A stretch of 64,000 bases of DNA from Candidatus Phycocordibacter aenigmaticus (GCA_002327585.1 DCWL01000006.1:28302-92301); one strand, 5' to 3'; numbered from the stretch's first letter, positions 10,586 to 19,972 are shown. The notes: generated by a model not told the origin, from the letters alone. Program-made: numbers and translations.

Positions 10586-11137
10586 TTATTTTATCCTTCT
10601 TCTATAAAAATCTGCTAGAAATATATTTTTTGTGAACGTACCAGCTGGTAGACCTACTAAAACTATCCACATGATAAAAAATATTAACCCTAACAATATA
10701 CTTTTTAGTAAAACCATAATATAATCTCCCAAATTATTAAAAACATATTTCATTATTCTAAATTCAAAAAAGGAATTGACTGTCATTTTATTTATAAAAT
10801 TTATGGATAATATGGGGATTATAAAGAGCTCAAAAAAAATACGAGATGCTTCTAGCCAGGGATGTATTCTTGAAAGAATAATAATAAGCAGTATATACAT
10901 TAATATAAAAGGAATAGATTTTAAGAACATAAAAAATCCTAGTTTTAAATCATTTTTAAATTCAAGAATTGGTAATTTTTTAAATCTTCCTTTACTAAAT
11001 TCTTGAACAATTCTGATGCCATACCCACTTAAAGTAAACCAGCCAATGATTGGTAAGAATAACCATAAGATATTCCACATTCCCTTTGCTCTATTAAAAG
11101 GATATTTGAAAGCGGTTTTAAAATTTAATTCAGTCAT
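10586..11137 (-). CDS. DUF4013-like membrane protein
   Basis: AFKYPF...LPIIGWF.L.GY..RI....LP pattern, several TM segments. Confidence 0.7.
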   Translation of the reverse strand: MTELNFKTAFKYPFNRAKGMWNILWLFLPIIGWFTLSGYGIRIVQEFSKGRFKKLPILEFKNDLKLGFFMFLKSIPFILMYILLIIILSRIHPWLEASRIFFELFIIPILSINFINKMTVNSFFEFRIMKYVFNNLGDYIMVLLKSILLGLIFFIMWIVLVGLPAGTFTKNIFLADFYRRRIK

Positions 11138-11277
11138 AGTTTAAGATTATAGAAGAGTGACGCTTGTATGATTTTTTTATCTCTTCATTTGTAGCTTTAT
11201 TCTACCGCAAAAATTCCGACCTACCAACAGAGGTGGAAATAAAAGTATTGAGAAATATAGTTAAAAAACGATGGGGC

Positions 11278-11315
11278 CGGCGATGCAACGCCATTAGAAC
11301 CTGTTTTAGTAATAT
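11278..11315. repeat. 38-bp direct repeat, copy 2
   Basis: 30/38 identical to 10481-10518. Confidence 0.75.
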
Positions 11316-11353
11316 TGTGTCTTCTCCGTTTGAGGTTGTAAGAGGGTGGTAGA

Positions 11354-11821
11354 CTATATTTCAAATTCCTTTAAGAGCTTAAGATAATCCTTTTGGACTT
11401 TTCTATCTACCCAATTGTTGCCTAATGGTTGTATCTTGCCGTCTTTCTCAACAATTTTCCTGCACATATCAAAAAAGAATCCTTTTGGTGAAGCAACAAA
11501 TAACCAGCATGAACCCCATATCTTAGATAACTTCTCTGCTTTTTCCTTTATCTCTTCATTCTTGATGTTGCCTCTATACTTTACCTCTACAATAAAAATC
11601 TCACTTTTATCTTGAGAAATTAATACAAAGTCAGGTGTATTCCTTATATTTTGAGTAATAGTTTTGTATTTGGCTAAACGATGAAATTGAGCGAGTTGAG
11701 GGATGGTGTGCTCATATCCAAACGGAAAGATTGTAAATTTACCAGACTCTCTAAACATGTATTCAAAAACCGATGCTCCTATTTTTCCTTTAATAAGGTT
11801 TCTAGAGAATGAAATGTTCAT
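11354..11821 (-). CDS. PD-(D/E)XK nuclease-fold protein
   Basis: TPDFVL...IVEVKYR motif. Confidence 0.65.
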   Translation of the reverse strand: MNISFSRNLIKGKIGASVFEYMFRESGKFTIFPFGYEHTIPQLAQFHRLAKYKTITQNIRNTPDFVLISQDKSEIFIVEVKYRGNIKNEEIKEKAEKLSKIWGSCWLFVASPKGFFFDMCRKIVEKDGKIQPLGNNWVDRKVQKDYLKLLKEFEI

Positions 11822-11934
11822 AAGATTATTTTTATTTTTTTAATACTATACCTCTCTCCCAAAACCTCAAGAGGTTATTGAAAAATGGCTTAGATAAAAA
11901 GGATTAAGAACAAATCTATGCCCAGAATCCCATC

Positions 11935-12011
11935 TGGGGTGGTCGATGGGGATCGAACCCACGACAACCGGCTCCACAAGCCGGTGCTCTACCAGCTGAG
12001 CTACGACCACC
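11935..12011 (-). tRNA. tRNA-His(GTG)
   Basis: Cloverleaf with G-1, anticodon arm CCGGC-TTGTGGA-GCCGG, encoded CCA. Confidence 0.95.
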
Positions 12012-12014
12012 ATA

Positions 12015-12566
12015 TTATTTATAGTCCGGAGACTGCTCTTTTATACCAGATCTGTGGTTTGAAAGTCGAGCGAGAGCGTAAAGTACACTTGAGAGACGAT
12101 TTAGGTATTGAAGAGTGAATTTACTAACGCCAATTTCTTCTTCTTCCTGTACTGCAACAACTCTCCTCTCCGCTCTACGGGAAAGTGTCCTTGCATAGTC
12201 AAACATTGCGGAAAGTTCGCACCCGCCGGAGATGAAGAAACTTTCAACTTCAGGAATTTGCATATTTATATCATCAACAACTTTTTCAAGAGCTTTTACT
12301 TTTTTTTCAGAGATCGATTCCGTTGCACCTGCAAGTTCGGCTTGAATGATAAAAAGATTCTTCTGTATATTGTGAACGATTTTTTCAAATGAATCCTCCC
12401 CGACTGAAAATTCTGATTCTTTTGATTTAACTTTACAAAGACCTATATATGAGTTCGTTTCATCCATTGCGCCAAGTGCTCCAGCGGTTGCCGAGCTTTT
12501 TGAAATTCTTTGGTCACAAGCAAAAAGCTCTGTGTCACCTTTATCTCCTTTTCTTGTGTAGAGCAT
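12015..12566 (-). CDS. ATP:cob(I)alamin adenosyltransferase (PduO type)
   Basis: YTRKGDKGDT, GAMDETNS, RTLSRRAER, YLNRLS motifs. Confidence 0.9.
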   Translation of the reverse strand: MLYTRKGDKGDTELFACDQRISKSSATAGALGAMDETNSYIGLCKVKSKESEFSVGEDSFEKIVHNIQKNLFIIQAELAGATESISEKKVKALEKVVDDINMQIPEVESFFISGGCELSAMFDYARTLSRRAERRVVAVQEEEEIGVSKFTLQYLNRLSSVLYALARLSNHRSGIKEQSPDYK

Positions 12567-12635
12567 CTGTTTATTATACCAAATAAAAAGGCCTGCATGC
12601 CAGAATGGAAAATATGCAGGCTTTATATATACATA

Positions 12636-12842
12636 TTATTGTGCACGTACAACATTATCATGGCTTTTTCTTTCTGGTTTAATTTTTAACTCGATATTTT
12701 CCTTCGTCAGACGAGTAGTGAGTTCACTCTGTTTTTTTATAACCTTTTTTTGTTTTTCTATAATTTCATTTTTCTGCTCAACTTTTTCTTTTAATTTTGC
12801 TATTTCTGCCACCATTTGATAAGTATCTACAAATTCAGACAT
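12636..12842 (-). CDS. small coiled-coil orphan protein (SD-led cassette)
   Basis: 68 aa, AAAGGAG SD, terminator GCCTGCAT/ATGCAGGC at ~12585-12624. Confidence 0.6.
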   Translation of the reverse strand: MSEFVDTYQMVAEIAKLKEKVEQKNEIIEKQKKVIKKQSELTTRLTKENIELKIKPERKSHDNVVRAQ

Positions 12843-12910
12843 TTCTATCTCCTTTACAAAAATTATAATTGTCTAGAGCAAGACTACCACAAATTAAAAA
12901 GATTGCAATG

Positions 12911-12994
12911 TGTCCAGGAGTGGATTTGAACCACCACGGGATTGCTCCCACTACCCCCTCAAGGTAGCGCGTCTACCAATTTCGCCACCTGGAC
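12911..12994 (-). tRNA. tRNA-Leu(GAG)
   Basis: Cloverleaf with long variable arm; CTACC-TTGAGGG-GGTAG. Confidence 0.93.
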
Positions 12995-12995
12995 A

Positions 12996-13520
12996 TTAAG
13001 CTGACTTTTTTTCTTTCTCTTTTTTCTCAATTTTCTCTTCTGCCTTTTCCTCTTCTTTTTCCTCTTTAACTTCTTGCTCTTTGTTAGCTTCTTCTTTGTT
13101 AGCTTCTGCTTCTTTGTTCGCCTCTTCAGTATCACTCACCGTCTGCAAGTTGGCCTTGCTCATATGGCGCATCTGACGTTTGATTTCCTTGGCGGCCTTT
13201 TCGCGAATATGATAAAGCTTCGCACGGCGGACTTTTGAGCGCTTGATAATTTCAATCTTGTCAATCACAGGAGAGTACAGCGGAAAAATCTTCTCAACGC
13301 CAACACCGCTCGTCATTCTGCGCACTGTAAACGTTGCCCCTGCTTCATTTCCATGTTTTCTTGCAAGCACAAGGCCTTCAAACGCCTGAAGCCGTGTTTT
13401 TCCCTTCTCCTGAATTTTCTGCCACACACGAACAGTGTCTCCGGCTCCTAAGCCGAGTTTCTTTCTGCTCTCCATATTTACAGGAGATATTTTAATCGTG
13501 CTAGCTTGCGCTGTAACCAT
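12996..13520 (-). CDS. rplS: 50S ribosomal protein L19 with acidic C-terminal tail
   Basis: [37 protein letters not shown]; start trimmed. Confidence 0.95.
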   Translation of the reverse strand: MVTAQASTIKISPVNMESRKKLGLGAGDTVRVWQKIQEKGKTRLQAFEGLVLARKHGNEAGATFTVRRMTSGVGVEKIFPLYSPVIDKIEIIKRSKVRRAKLYHIREKAAKEIKRQMRHMSKANLQTVSDTEEANKEAEANKEEANKEQEVKEEKEEEKAEEKIEKKEKEKKSA

Positions 13521-13548
13521 AGTAAAGTGTACTTTAACACAAAGAACA

Positions 13549-14262
13549 TCAATTGACAATTATTGAGAGCGCTTTTTCAAAATCCTCCGGCAAGTCAGCT
13601 TCTGTTGTAATTGTCTCTCCATTGAGAAGTTGAAATGAAAGTGTTCGCGCATGAAGAGCAAGGCGTTTAAACCCAAGCACGCAGTCGCGCTTGGGAGAGT
13701 AGAGTTTGTCACATACTAAGGAGTGATTTATAGCTTTAAAATGAACGCGGATTTGATGTGTGCGACCTGTTTTTGGATTAACTTCAACATATGTGTAATC
13801 TTCGTTTTCTTTTAAAACCTTGTAATCCGTAATGGCGTCTCTCAATTCACCGCGCGTATTTTTTTCAGCTGACCACTGTCTAAAATCGCTCTTACTTCTT
13901 CCAATCGGCAAATCAATCGTCCCATTTTTCTCTTTGAGCTTGCCGTGCACAAAAGTATTGTATGTTTTTGAAATAGTTCTATTCTGAAACTGATTTTTAA
14001 GATTTAAATATGAGTCTCGTGTCTTTGCAATGATAATCACTCCTGATGTTTCTCTATCTAGCCTATGTACAATCCCGGCACGCGTAATTTTCTTCCCGTC
14101 ATATTCTGCCAGTTCCCCAACATTTTTTATTTCAGGATATTTTTCTAAAATCCAGTCCACCAAAGTCGGCTCATTTGTTTTTCCATCCGAATGTATCACA
14201 AGTCCTGCGGGTTTGTTTACTACAAGCACTTCTTCGTTTTCGTATATTATTGGAATTTCCAT
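13549..14262 (-). CDS. RluA family pseudouridine synthase
   Basis: [27 protein letters not shown] motifs. Confidence 0.95.
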   Translation of the reverse strand: MEIPIIYENEEVLVVNKPAGLVIHSDGKTNEPTLVDWILEKYPEIKNVGELAEYDGKKITRAGIVHRLDRETSGVIIIAKTRDSYLNLKNQFQNRTISKTYNTFVHGKLKEKNGTIDLPIGRSKSDFRQWSAEKNTRGELRDAITDYKVLKENEDYTYVEVNPKTGRTHQIRVHFKAINHSLVCDKLYSPKRDCVLGFKRLALHARTLSFQLLNGETITTEADLPEDFEKALSIIVN

Positions 14263-14265
14263 TTT

Positions 14266-14541
14266 TCAGTAAATTATTTTAAAATCATCAGACTTTTCTT
14301 TTATTTCTCTCCATCCAACTTTCACATCTTCAACTTTAGCAAAATGTGGCCCTTCTTTCAGCAGTAAAATAAGTTGCTTTAATTTCTCTTCATCACCTTG
14401 CGCAATCACACGCACAGAGCCATCAGATAGATTCTCTACTGTACCATAGAGTTCCAGAGATCGGGCTTTTCCTTTCGCAAAATCACGAAACATGACCATC
14501 TGTACCCTGCCTTTTATAATTGCTTCAATTTCTTTTATCAT
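14266..14541 (-). CDS. acyP: acylphosphatase
   Basis: GRVQMVMFR, GTVENLSDGSV, GP motifs. Confidence 0.9.
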   Translation of the reverse strand: MIKEIEAIIKGRVQMVMFRDFAKGKARSLELYGTVENLSDGSVRVIAQGDEEKLKQLILLLKEGPHFAKVEDVKVGWREIKEKSDDFKIIY

Positions 14542-14609
14542 ATGTTAATTCTACAATATAAAATTACATATTGAAAAAAGGTCAATAATAAGTTAATGTT
14601 TGAGTATCA

Positions 14610-14686
14610 GGGCGATTAGCTCAGTTGGCCAGAGCGCTCGGTTTACACCCGAAAGGTCGCAGGTTCGAGCCCTGCATCGCCCACCA
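14610..14686 (+). tRNA. tRNA-Val(TAC)
   Basis: GGGCGAT...ATCGCCC-ACCA; anticodon loop TTTACAC. Confidence 0.94.
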
Positions 14687-14705
14687 ATTCCTTGATTTTT
14701 TATTA

Positions 14706-14777
14706 TGCCCCTGGCAGGAATCGAACCCGCAGCCGCTCCTTAGAAGGGAGCTGTTTTATCCATTAAACTACAAGGGC
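14706..14777 (-). tRNA. tRNA-Arg(TCT)
   Basis: GCTCC-CTTCTAA-GGAGC anticodon arm, GGTTCGATT T-loop. Confidence 0.93.
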
Positions 14778-14799
14778 AGTAAATATAAATGTAGCAGTA

Positions 14800-15135
14800 C
14801 TAAAGCGAAGGGTCAACGATACGGGATCTTCTTTCTCTGAGATCTTCAAGCTCTCTTTCCATTTCCTCAAAGGACGAGAGTGTCTCCCGCAGAAGCGTCC
14901 TGTCTATTGTTTCAACAGAAATCATTATATCCTGCTCAACGGTGAATATATCTCCATCATTTATTTGAAAAAACAGATAACTACTAAAAGCTATTATACC
15001 GATATTCAATACCATAAACACGAGGATGATAATTTTCCACGCATGTTTTGCATCTGAAATATAGTAGGCAATGCCTTCCCCAGGCTGTTTGCCTTTACCT
15101 TTAAAAAACCTTGCGATGTTTTTCTTGTCAATCAT
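14800..15135 (-). CDS. single-TM protein at end of pilMNO cluster
   Basis: One TM helix, C-terminal DPSL; operon position. Confidence 0.7.
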   Translation of the reverse strand: MIDKKNIARFFKGKGKQPGEGIAYYISDAKHAWKIIILVFMVLNIGIIAFSSYLFFQINDGDIFTVEQDIMISVETIDRTLLRETLSSFEEMERELEDLRERRSRIVDPSL

Positions 15136-15136
15136 T

Positions 15137-15703
15137 TTATTTAAGTTTTACTGCTTTTATGCTAAGAAACCCCTTCCATGGCTCGGTACTTCTGTTTTGT
15201 GCTCTGATATTATTTGAAACTTTCTCAAAATTTACACGATGTATGTCAATTTTAAAAGGAAGTTTTTCAATCATAGACAAAAAGTAAAATAATTCATCAA
15301 AACGTCCTTCTATATTAAAATCAAGGTTGAGCAGTTCACTTATTTTGTCTTTATTTAAGTTGCCTGACGTAGACTCATCAATACTTACAGATGTCACCTT
15401 AACCGAAACTCCTGAATAAGCACCAACTTCTTCTATATCTTCAATAAAATTGACTATCTTATCATCAGCGATAAAATATAAATTCAGCTTTTCTCTCTCC
15501 TTCTGAGTATCGTTTATAAGATTCTTTACCGAGCGGAGCTTGATTTCCCTCTGGAGAGTGCTGTCAACTTCATTTTGAAGAACCGAAATATTATTATTCT
15601 TTTCTTTTATATTAAGAAACAACATAATATAAGCAACAGAAACTACAATTACCAGAACTAAGGATGTTAGAAGAGTTTGTTTTGTTTTTGACGAATATTC
15701 CAT
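15137..15703 (-). CDS. PilO-like type IV pilus assembly protein
   Basis: N-terminal TM, coiled coil, EG.F...F..FL..IE.LP pattern; synteny. Confidence 0.7.
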   Translation of the reverse strand: MEYSSKTKQTLLTSLVLVIVVSVAYIMLFLNIKEKNNNISVLQNEVDSTLQREIKLRSVKNLINDTQKEREKLNLYFIADDKIVNFIEDIEEVGAYSGVSVKVTSVSIDESTSGNLNKDKISELLNLDFNIEGRFDELFYFLSMIEKLPFKIDIHRVNFEKVSNNIRAQNRSTEPWKGFLSIKAVKLK

Positions 15704-15704
15704 A

Positions 15705-16247
15705 CTAAAAATTGCCGGTTATTTTTATCGAGAACTTAATATCACGATCAGAGGCAAGATTGGATACCGGAAGTTCTACATCTCTAAACTGCTTCTCCCT
15801 CTCAAGAAGTTTTTTAAATTCAAGAAGTGACTCTCTAGAATCCGCTTCCCCCGTCACAAGCATTTCTGTTTCTTTTCCAAATTGGCTTTTTTTATAAAAT
15901 ATACCGTTTATTCCGACTCCACCGAGTTTATTGTCCAAAACTCTCTCAAAGAGATCCTTTAAAGAAATATTCTTTTCGTCAAATGAGAGAAGTTTCAATT
16001 TTTCTTTCGTTTCAAGCAAAACAGTGCTTGATACCTCCTGCTCTCTTTTTGCAACCGATTCTTTTATAATATCCGAGTGTTCTCTTGTCGCACTCTCTTT
16101 TGACTCTGATATAAAATATGATGGTATAAGCTGTGCTCCTGCGGCTAAAATCGTAAAAAATAAAAACATGAGCACCATTATCGCAATACGAAGCTTATAT
16201 TCGCTACACAGTATTTTTTTATCCTCCTGTGACAATAGATTTCGCAT
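15705..16247 (-). CDS. PilN-like type IV pilus assembly protein
   Basis: N-terminal NLL motif, TM, G.A.SRESL..F; follows pilM. Confidence 0.75.
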   Translation of the reverse strand: MRNLLSQEDKKILCSEYKLRIAIMVLMFLFFTILAAGAQLIPSYFISESKESATREHSDIIKESVAKREQEVSSTVLLETKEKLKLLSFDEKNISLKDLFERVLDNKLGGVGINGIFYKKSQFGKETEMLVTGEADSRESLLEFKKLLEREKQFRDVELPVSNLASDRDIKFSIKITGNF

Positions 16248-16249
16248 AT

Positions 16250-17347
16250 TTAATTAGTTTCTCTAAGCGCAAGGCCGATGGCTGCTGCATATGAAAGAGA
16301 CTGAAAGCGAGTCATCTCTGGTATAAAATCATCAAATGAGAAAGCATTGATCCAGACATTTGCTCGCTCTACTGGAATTTTAAGTGCTCCGGATAAATAT
16401 TCCGGGAGCCCTTTAAGATTTGAGTTTTCCCCGCAGAGAATTATCTTTTCAATCTGTTCAACCCTGTTTCCCTTTTCATCCACACGGGTCCGCCAGTATC
16501 TGTAATGCTTATCTATATTATCTTTCAGCGTCTCCACTACATCTAAAAGCGCGGTAAAGAGTGCCTTATTGCTTTTACTTCCGACAAGCCCTTCCTTGCT
16601 TTTTATGCGGGCGACATCGCTCTCCGGCACGGAAAGATGCTTCATAATCGCTTTTGAAAGACCTTCTTCTTCAACCTCGAGCGTTGAAGTAAAAGCAAGT
16701 ACGCCGTCGCTTATTATCGCAAGACCTGTTCTCATTTTTCCAAAGCTGACAATCATATATGTCCCGTCGTCTCCTTCCCTTATTACAGCTCTTGAGATTG
16801 CCTGCGCTTCAATTTCAAAAGACAAAGACAGCATTTCGGCTTTATTAAAAGCAGATGTGTATTTAGAAATGGTTTTCTTCGGATACACTGCAACACTGAC
16901 ATCAATATGTTCTTTTGAGTCTTGTCTATTAATAATCTCATAATCAAAAACTGCTTCCTTAAGAGATAAAGGTACATGCTCTTCAAGCCTGAACTCCAAA
17001 ATACTTCTTATTTGATCTTCTTTCGCATCTTCTGGAATATGAGTCTGGAATAAATAGACTTTTTCCTCTGGAAGCGAGGCGCGTATGGATTCTATATCGT
17101 TTTCTTCTTTTATCTTTTTGAGTTCTTCTGAAAGTTTTTCCACATCTTGTATTTCACCGTTTAAAACCAGCCCGGCTGGAATCTTATACTCGCCGAATCT
17201 GGAAAGTATCTTGCCCTCTTTTTTGTTTACAAGCTCAACAAACCTTATTGAATCGTCCGATATATCAATTCCAACGGCTGGCATCGCCAAAAACTTTGGA
17301 GTTGGGAAGACTCTTGTAAAAAAACTTTTCTCTTTTGCAGATTCCAT
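16250..17347 (-). CDS. pilM: type IV pilus assembly protein PilM
   Basis: VGIDISDDSIRFVEL actin-like fold, IILCG, AAAIGLALR. Confidence 0.88.
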   Translation of the reverse strand: MESAKEKSFFTRVFPTPKFLAMPAVGIDISDDSIRFVELVNKKEGKILSRFGEYKIPAGLVLNGEIQDVEKLSEELKKIKEENDIESIRASLPEEKVYLFQTHIPEDAKEDQIRSILEFRLEEHVPLSLKEAVFDYEIINRQDSKEHIDVSVAVYPKKTISKYTSAFNKAEMLSLSFEIEAQAISRAVIREGDDGTYMIVSFGKMRTGLAIISDGVLAFTSTLEVEEEGLSKAIMKHLSVPESDVARIKSKEGLVGSKSNKALFTALLDVVETLKDNIDKHYRYWRTRVDEKGNRVEQIEKIILCGENSNLKGLPEYLSGALKIPVERANVWINAFSFDDFIPEMTRFQSLSYAAAIGLALRETN

Positions 17348-17480
17348 TGTATTTATTATATCCTGCTGTCTATTTTATTAAAAGCAAATATTGTTTATTT
17401 GTATTTCTACAGCCTGACTCTTAAACATATTTCCTCTGCAGACAAATAGTATTTTCATTTGATATCAATATAATATAGAA

Positions 17481-17534
17481 AAAAACAACAAAAGGCGGAC
17501 GAAATTTTACCTTTTGTTGTAAAACTTCTCCGCC
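17481..17534 (-). terminator. intrinsic terminator of orphan 17543-17839
   Basis: GGCGGA...TCCGCC interrupted stem followed by T-rich run on minus strand. Confidence 0.6.
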
Positions 17535-17542
17535 CCCTTTTT

Positions 17543-17839
17543 TTACATCATTTCACAAGTGAAATGGTCGACTCTATCATCAACTCTACAGCATGTTAAC
17601 CCATTTGATACTGCAATTAGATCAGCTATTTGTGAACATAATTTCTTATTTTTTGTAATTGAATTACCTATAAAAAACTTATCGTCATCACTGGAAACAC
17701 AAAGAGAAATACTTAAAAAATCTGTTTGACGACAAATTAAAAAATCTGTTTGACGACAAAAACTAACTGTACCTTCTTTATGAAATACAATGCGGTCACC
17801 TGCTTTTAGAGTTGTTACCTTACCGTCTTTGGTTTTCAT
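17543..17839 (-). CDS. Cys-rich orphan protein (SD-led cassette) downstream of hammerhead ribozyme
   Basis: 98 aa, GAAAGGAG SD, internal 24-nt tandem duplication. Confidence 0.65.
   Translation of the reverse strand: MKTKDGKVTTLKAGDRIVFHKEGTVSFCRQTDFLICRQTDFLSISLCVSSDDDKFFIGNSITKNKKLCSQIADLIAVSNGLTCCRVDDRVDHFTCEMM
17713..17760. repeat. exact 24-nt tandem duplication
   Basis: TTAAAAAATCTGTTTGACGACAAA x2. Confidence 0.9.
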
Positions 17840-17900
17840 TTTAAATCTCCTTTCAAAAAAGTTAAAAGAAATGATAATTTTTATTTAATTCAAAGAACAT

Positions 17901-17951
17901 TCTGTTTCGCTCTTTTAAGCTCATCAGTCAAGATAGACATCTTGATACAGA
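17901..17951 (-). ncRNA. type III hammerhead ribozyme
   Basis: Minus strand UCUG-UA|UCAAGAU-gucu-AUCUUGA-CUGAUGA-GCUU-aaaa-GAGC-GAAA-CAGA: complete core, three stems, GUA cleavage triplet. Confidence 0.9.
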
Positions 17952-18122
17952 GAGGTTTTTAAAGAGACCTCAACTCTGCACTTCTGTTGCCGAGACGTTT
18001 GCGTGCCTCCGCCCAGTAGGACTTATTTATAATTTACGTCATTTTTTTTCTCCTAAAAAGTTAGATTTCTTTCTCTAGCTCTTTGGCTAGAAATAAAATT
18101 ATTTCCTTCTTTTTAAGATACT

Positions 18123-18159
18123 TATGTTGAAAACATAACATATCTACATTATTTGTCAA
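18123..18159 (-). promoter_or_regulatory. sigma70-type promoter of the hammerhead-containing unit
   Basis: TTGACA...TGT-TATGTT on minus strand. Confidence 0.6.
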
Positions 18160-18433
18160 TAGCTGTGTTCAGTAAGTCTGGATGACTTAATTTAGCTATT
18201 TTATATAAATAGTTTATTCTTTTTAACATAGTTGCATATATTATCCAAAATTTTTTCAAAATCTTTATATTTAATCCAATCGTTCTTGATTTTCACTTTT
18301 AATCCTCCGAAAAAATAAAATTTATTAAAGAACAAATCGGGAACTTTCCCTTTCAGAAACTTGAAATTATTCAAATCTCTGAAAGAGAGGCCGCACAAGA
18401 GAGTGGGTTTTAAGAGTTGCCCTTTAGCATTTA

Positions 18434-19024
18434 TTAAAAGATATTGAGTGTGATAATAAATATTATAATGCCTAGTGCGAAAATGAGTGTCAAGATATTG
18501 AAATATCTGAATGCAAACTTGCTCATGTCGTCCCCGAAAACTTTCATAATGTATCCGACCGCAAAGAAGCGCATAAAGCGGGAGATGGTTGACGCGATTA
18601 TAAATATAAGAAAATTGATGCCGAAGAAACCCGCGGAGATTGTGAAGATTTTATAAGGAATTGGAGTGAACCCTGAGATAAAAATCGCCCAAAAAGCATT
18701 TTGTGCAAACAATTCCTGAATGGTCGAAATATATTGTTCAAGATTATATGCGTTGATTAGAAACTGTCCGACACTGTCGAAAAGAAGGAACCCTATGACG
18801 TAGCCGAAAGCTCCACCAATCACAGACCATATTGAAGTCAAAAGTGAATAATAGAACCACTTGCGTTTTTGCTTTGCCCCAAGTATTGCTATAAGTAGAA
18901 AATCTGGTGGCACGGGGAAGAAAGATGCCTCTGTAAACGAAAAAAAGGATAGCCAGCTCTTTGCGTGCGTGCTTCCAGCATGTTTTATCATCCAATCGCG
19001 GATTTTGATTTTTAATTTAGTCAT
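18434..19024 (-). CDS. YqaA/DedA (VTT domain) membrane protein
   Basis: SFTEASFFPVPPD, GFTPIPYKIFTISAG, SRFMRF; start trimmed to MTKLK. Confidence 0.9.
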   Translation of the reverse strand: MTKLKIKIRDWMIKHAGSTHAKSWLSFFSFTEASFFPVPPDFLLIAILGAKQKRKWFYYSLLTSIWSVIGGAFGYVIGFLLFDSVGQFLINAYNLEQYISTIQELFAQNAFWAIFISGFTPIPYKIFTISAGFFGINFLIFIIASTISRFMRFFAVGYIMKVFGDDMSKFAFRYFNILTLIFALGIIIFIITLNIF

Positions 19025-19025
19025 A

Positions 19026-19451
19026 TTATTTAAACTCTCCCCGACATTTTTCCACGTTACGTTTATCCAAAAAACTCTGGAGTATGAGAGCCGCCGCTGA
19101 TGCATCTGTCATCTCTCCCTTCCCTTGAATATTCTTTGCCTGGTGTGTTGTAAGAAATTCTGGTTCGAAACTGATAGGCAGATTTAATTTCCCTTCAAGT
19201 TCTTTGGCAAATTCTTTAACATCTTTCATTATAGGATTTTCCTTTCCTTTATAGTCAGTTGATTCCCCTATTACTATCTCAATGACTTTATCTTTCTTAA
19301 TAATTTCCCCAATGTTTTCCAACAAACTCTTGTCATTATTCAAAACAAGTTTTGGTAAGGCAAAGTTGCCATTTTCGTCTGAAATGGCTATTCCAACTCT
19401 TTTTGCGCCAAAATCAACACCTAAAATTTTCTTTGAATTTATATTCGTCAT
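19026..19451 (-). CDS. ruvX: YqgF/RuvX pre-16S rRNA nuclease
   Basis: ILGVDFGAKRVGIAISD, EFLTT, DASAAALILQSFLD. Confidence 0.93.
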   Translation of the reverse strand: MTNINSKKILGVDFGAKRVGIAISDENGNFALPKLVLNNDKSLLENIGEIIKKDKVIEIVIGESTDYKGKENPIMKDVKEFAKELEGKLNLPISFEPEFLTTHQAKNIQGKGEMTDASAAALILQSFLDKRNVEKCRGEFK

Positions 19452-19577
19452 ATAAACATCGTGAACAAAGTAAATGCAAAAGTCAGCGCAGAAAAAACCA
19501 TTAAAGAGATTTTCATAAATTCACCCATTGCCATAGCATAGCAAAAACTTGTTCAGATTAGAAATCTGTTTTAGTAT

Positions 19578-19811
19578 ATGAATATGATAGATATATTTTC
19601 AAATACAAATATGCTTTTGATTCTGGCTTTGGTATGGGTATTGCCGTGGAAGGGATATTCACTTTGGCTTTCTGCACGCAAGGGTCAGAAGTGGTGGTTC
19701 ATTATTCTTCTTGTGGTAAATACGCTTGCAATTCTTGAAATAGTATATATATTTCTTATTGCAAAGAGAGGGAAAAATTCTTTTAAAGAAGAAGCTGATC
19801 CTCAATCATAA
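19578..19811 (+). CDS. DUF5652 family membrane protein
   Basis: WKGYSLW.SAR.GQK.WF..LL.VNTL.ILEI.Y pattern typical of CPR. Confidence 0.85.
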   Translation: MNMIDIFSNTNMLLILALVWVLPWKGYSLWLSARKGQKWWFIILLVVNTLAILEIVYIFLIAKRGKNSFKEEADPQS

Positions 19812-19816
19812 ATATT

Positions 19817-19907
19817 GGAGAGGTGGCTCGAGTGGTTGAAGGCGGCTGTCTTGAAAACAGCTAAGGGGGAAACTCCTTCGTGGGTTCGAATCCCACCCTC
19901 TCCGCCA
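19817..19907 (+). tRNA. tRNA-Ser(TGA)
   Basis: GGAGAGG...CCTCTCC-GCCA, long variable arm, loop CTTGAAA. Confidence 0.95.
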
Positions 19908-19972
19908 ATTTAAAAATTTCAGAGTTTTGAGGAGAGTCAGATACACATAAATGTTAGATTAAATAAAAATTT

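Noticed and set aside
13040-13125. EANKE repeats as a CRISPR or VNTR
   Set aside because: Low-complexity coding repeat in the L19 tail; no spacer structure. No CRISPR array or cas gene was seen in the window.
17965-18025. c-di-GMP-I riboswitch or twister-like words (ACGCAAA, GTGCAGAG)
   Set aside because: The required stems and GNRA/pseudoknot elements could not be built by eye.
18201-18398. 65-aa ORF downstream of the DedA gene
   Set aside because: TTG start with no SD or recognisable motif; possibly a gene remnant, but not supportable.
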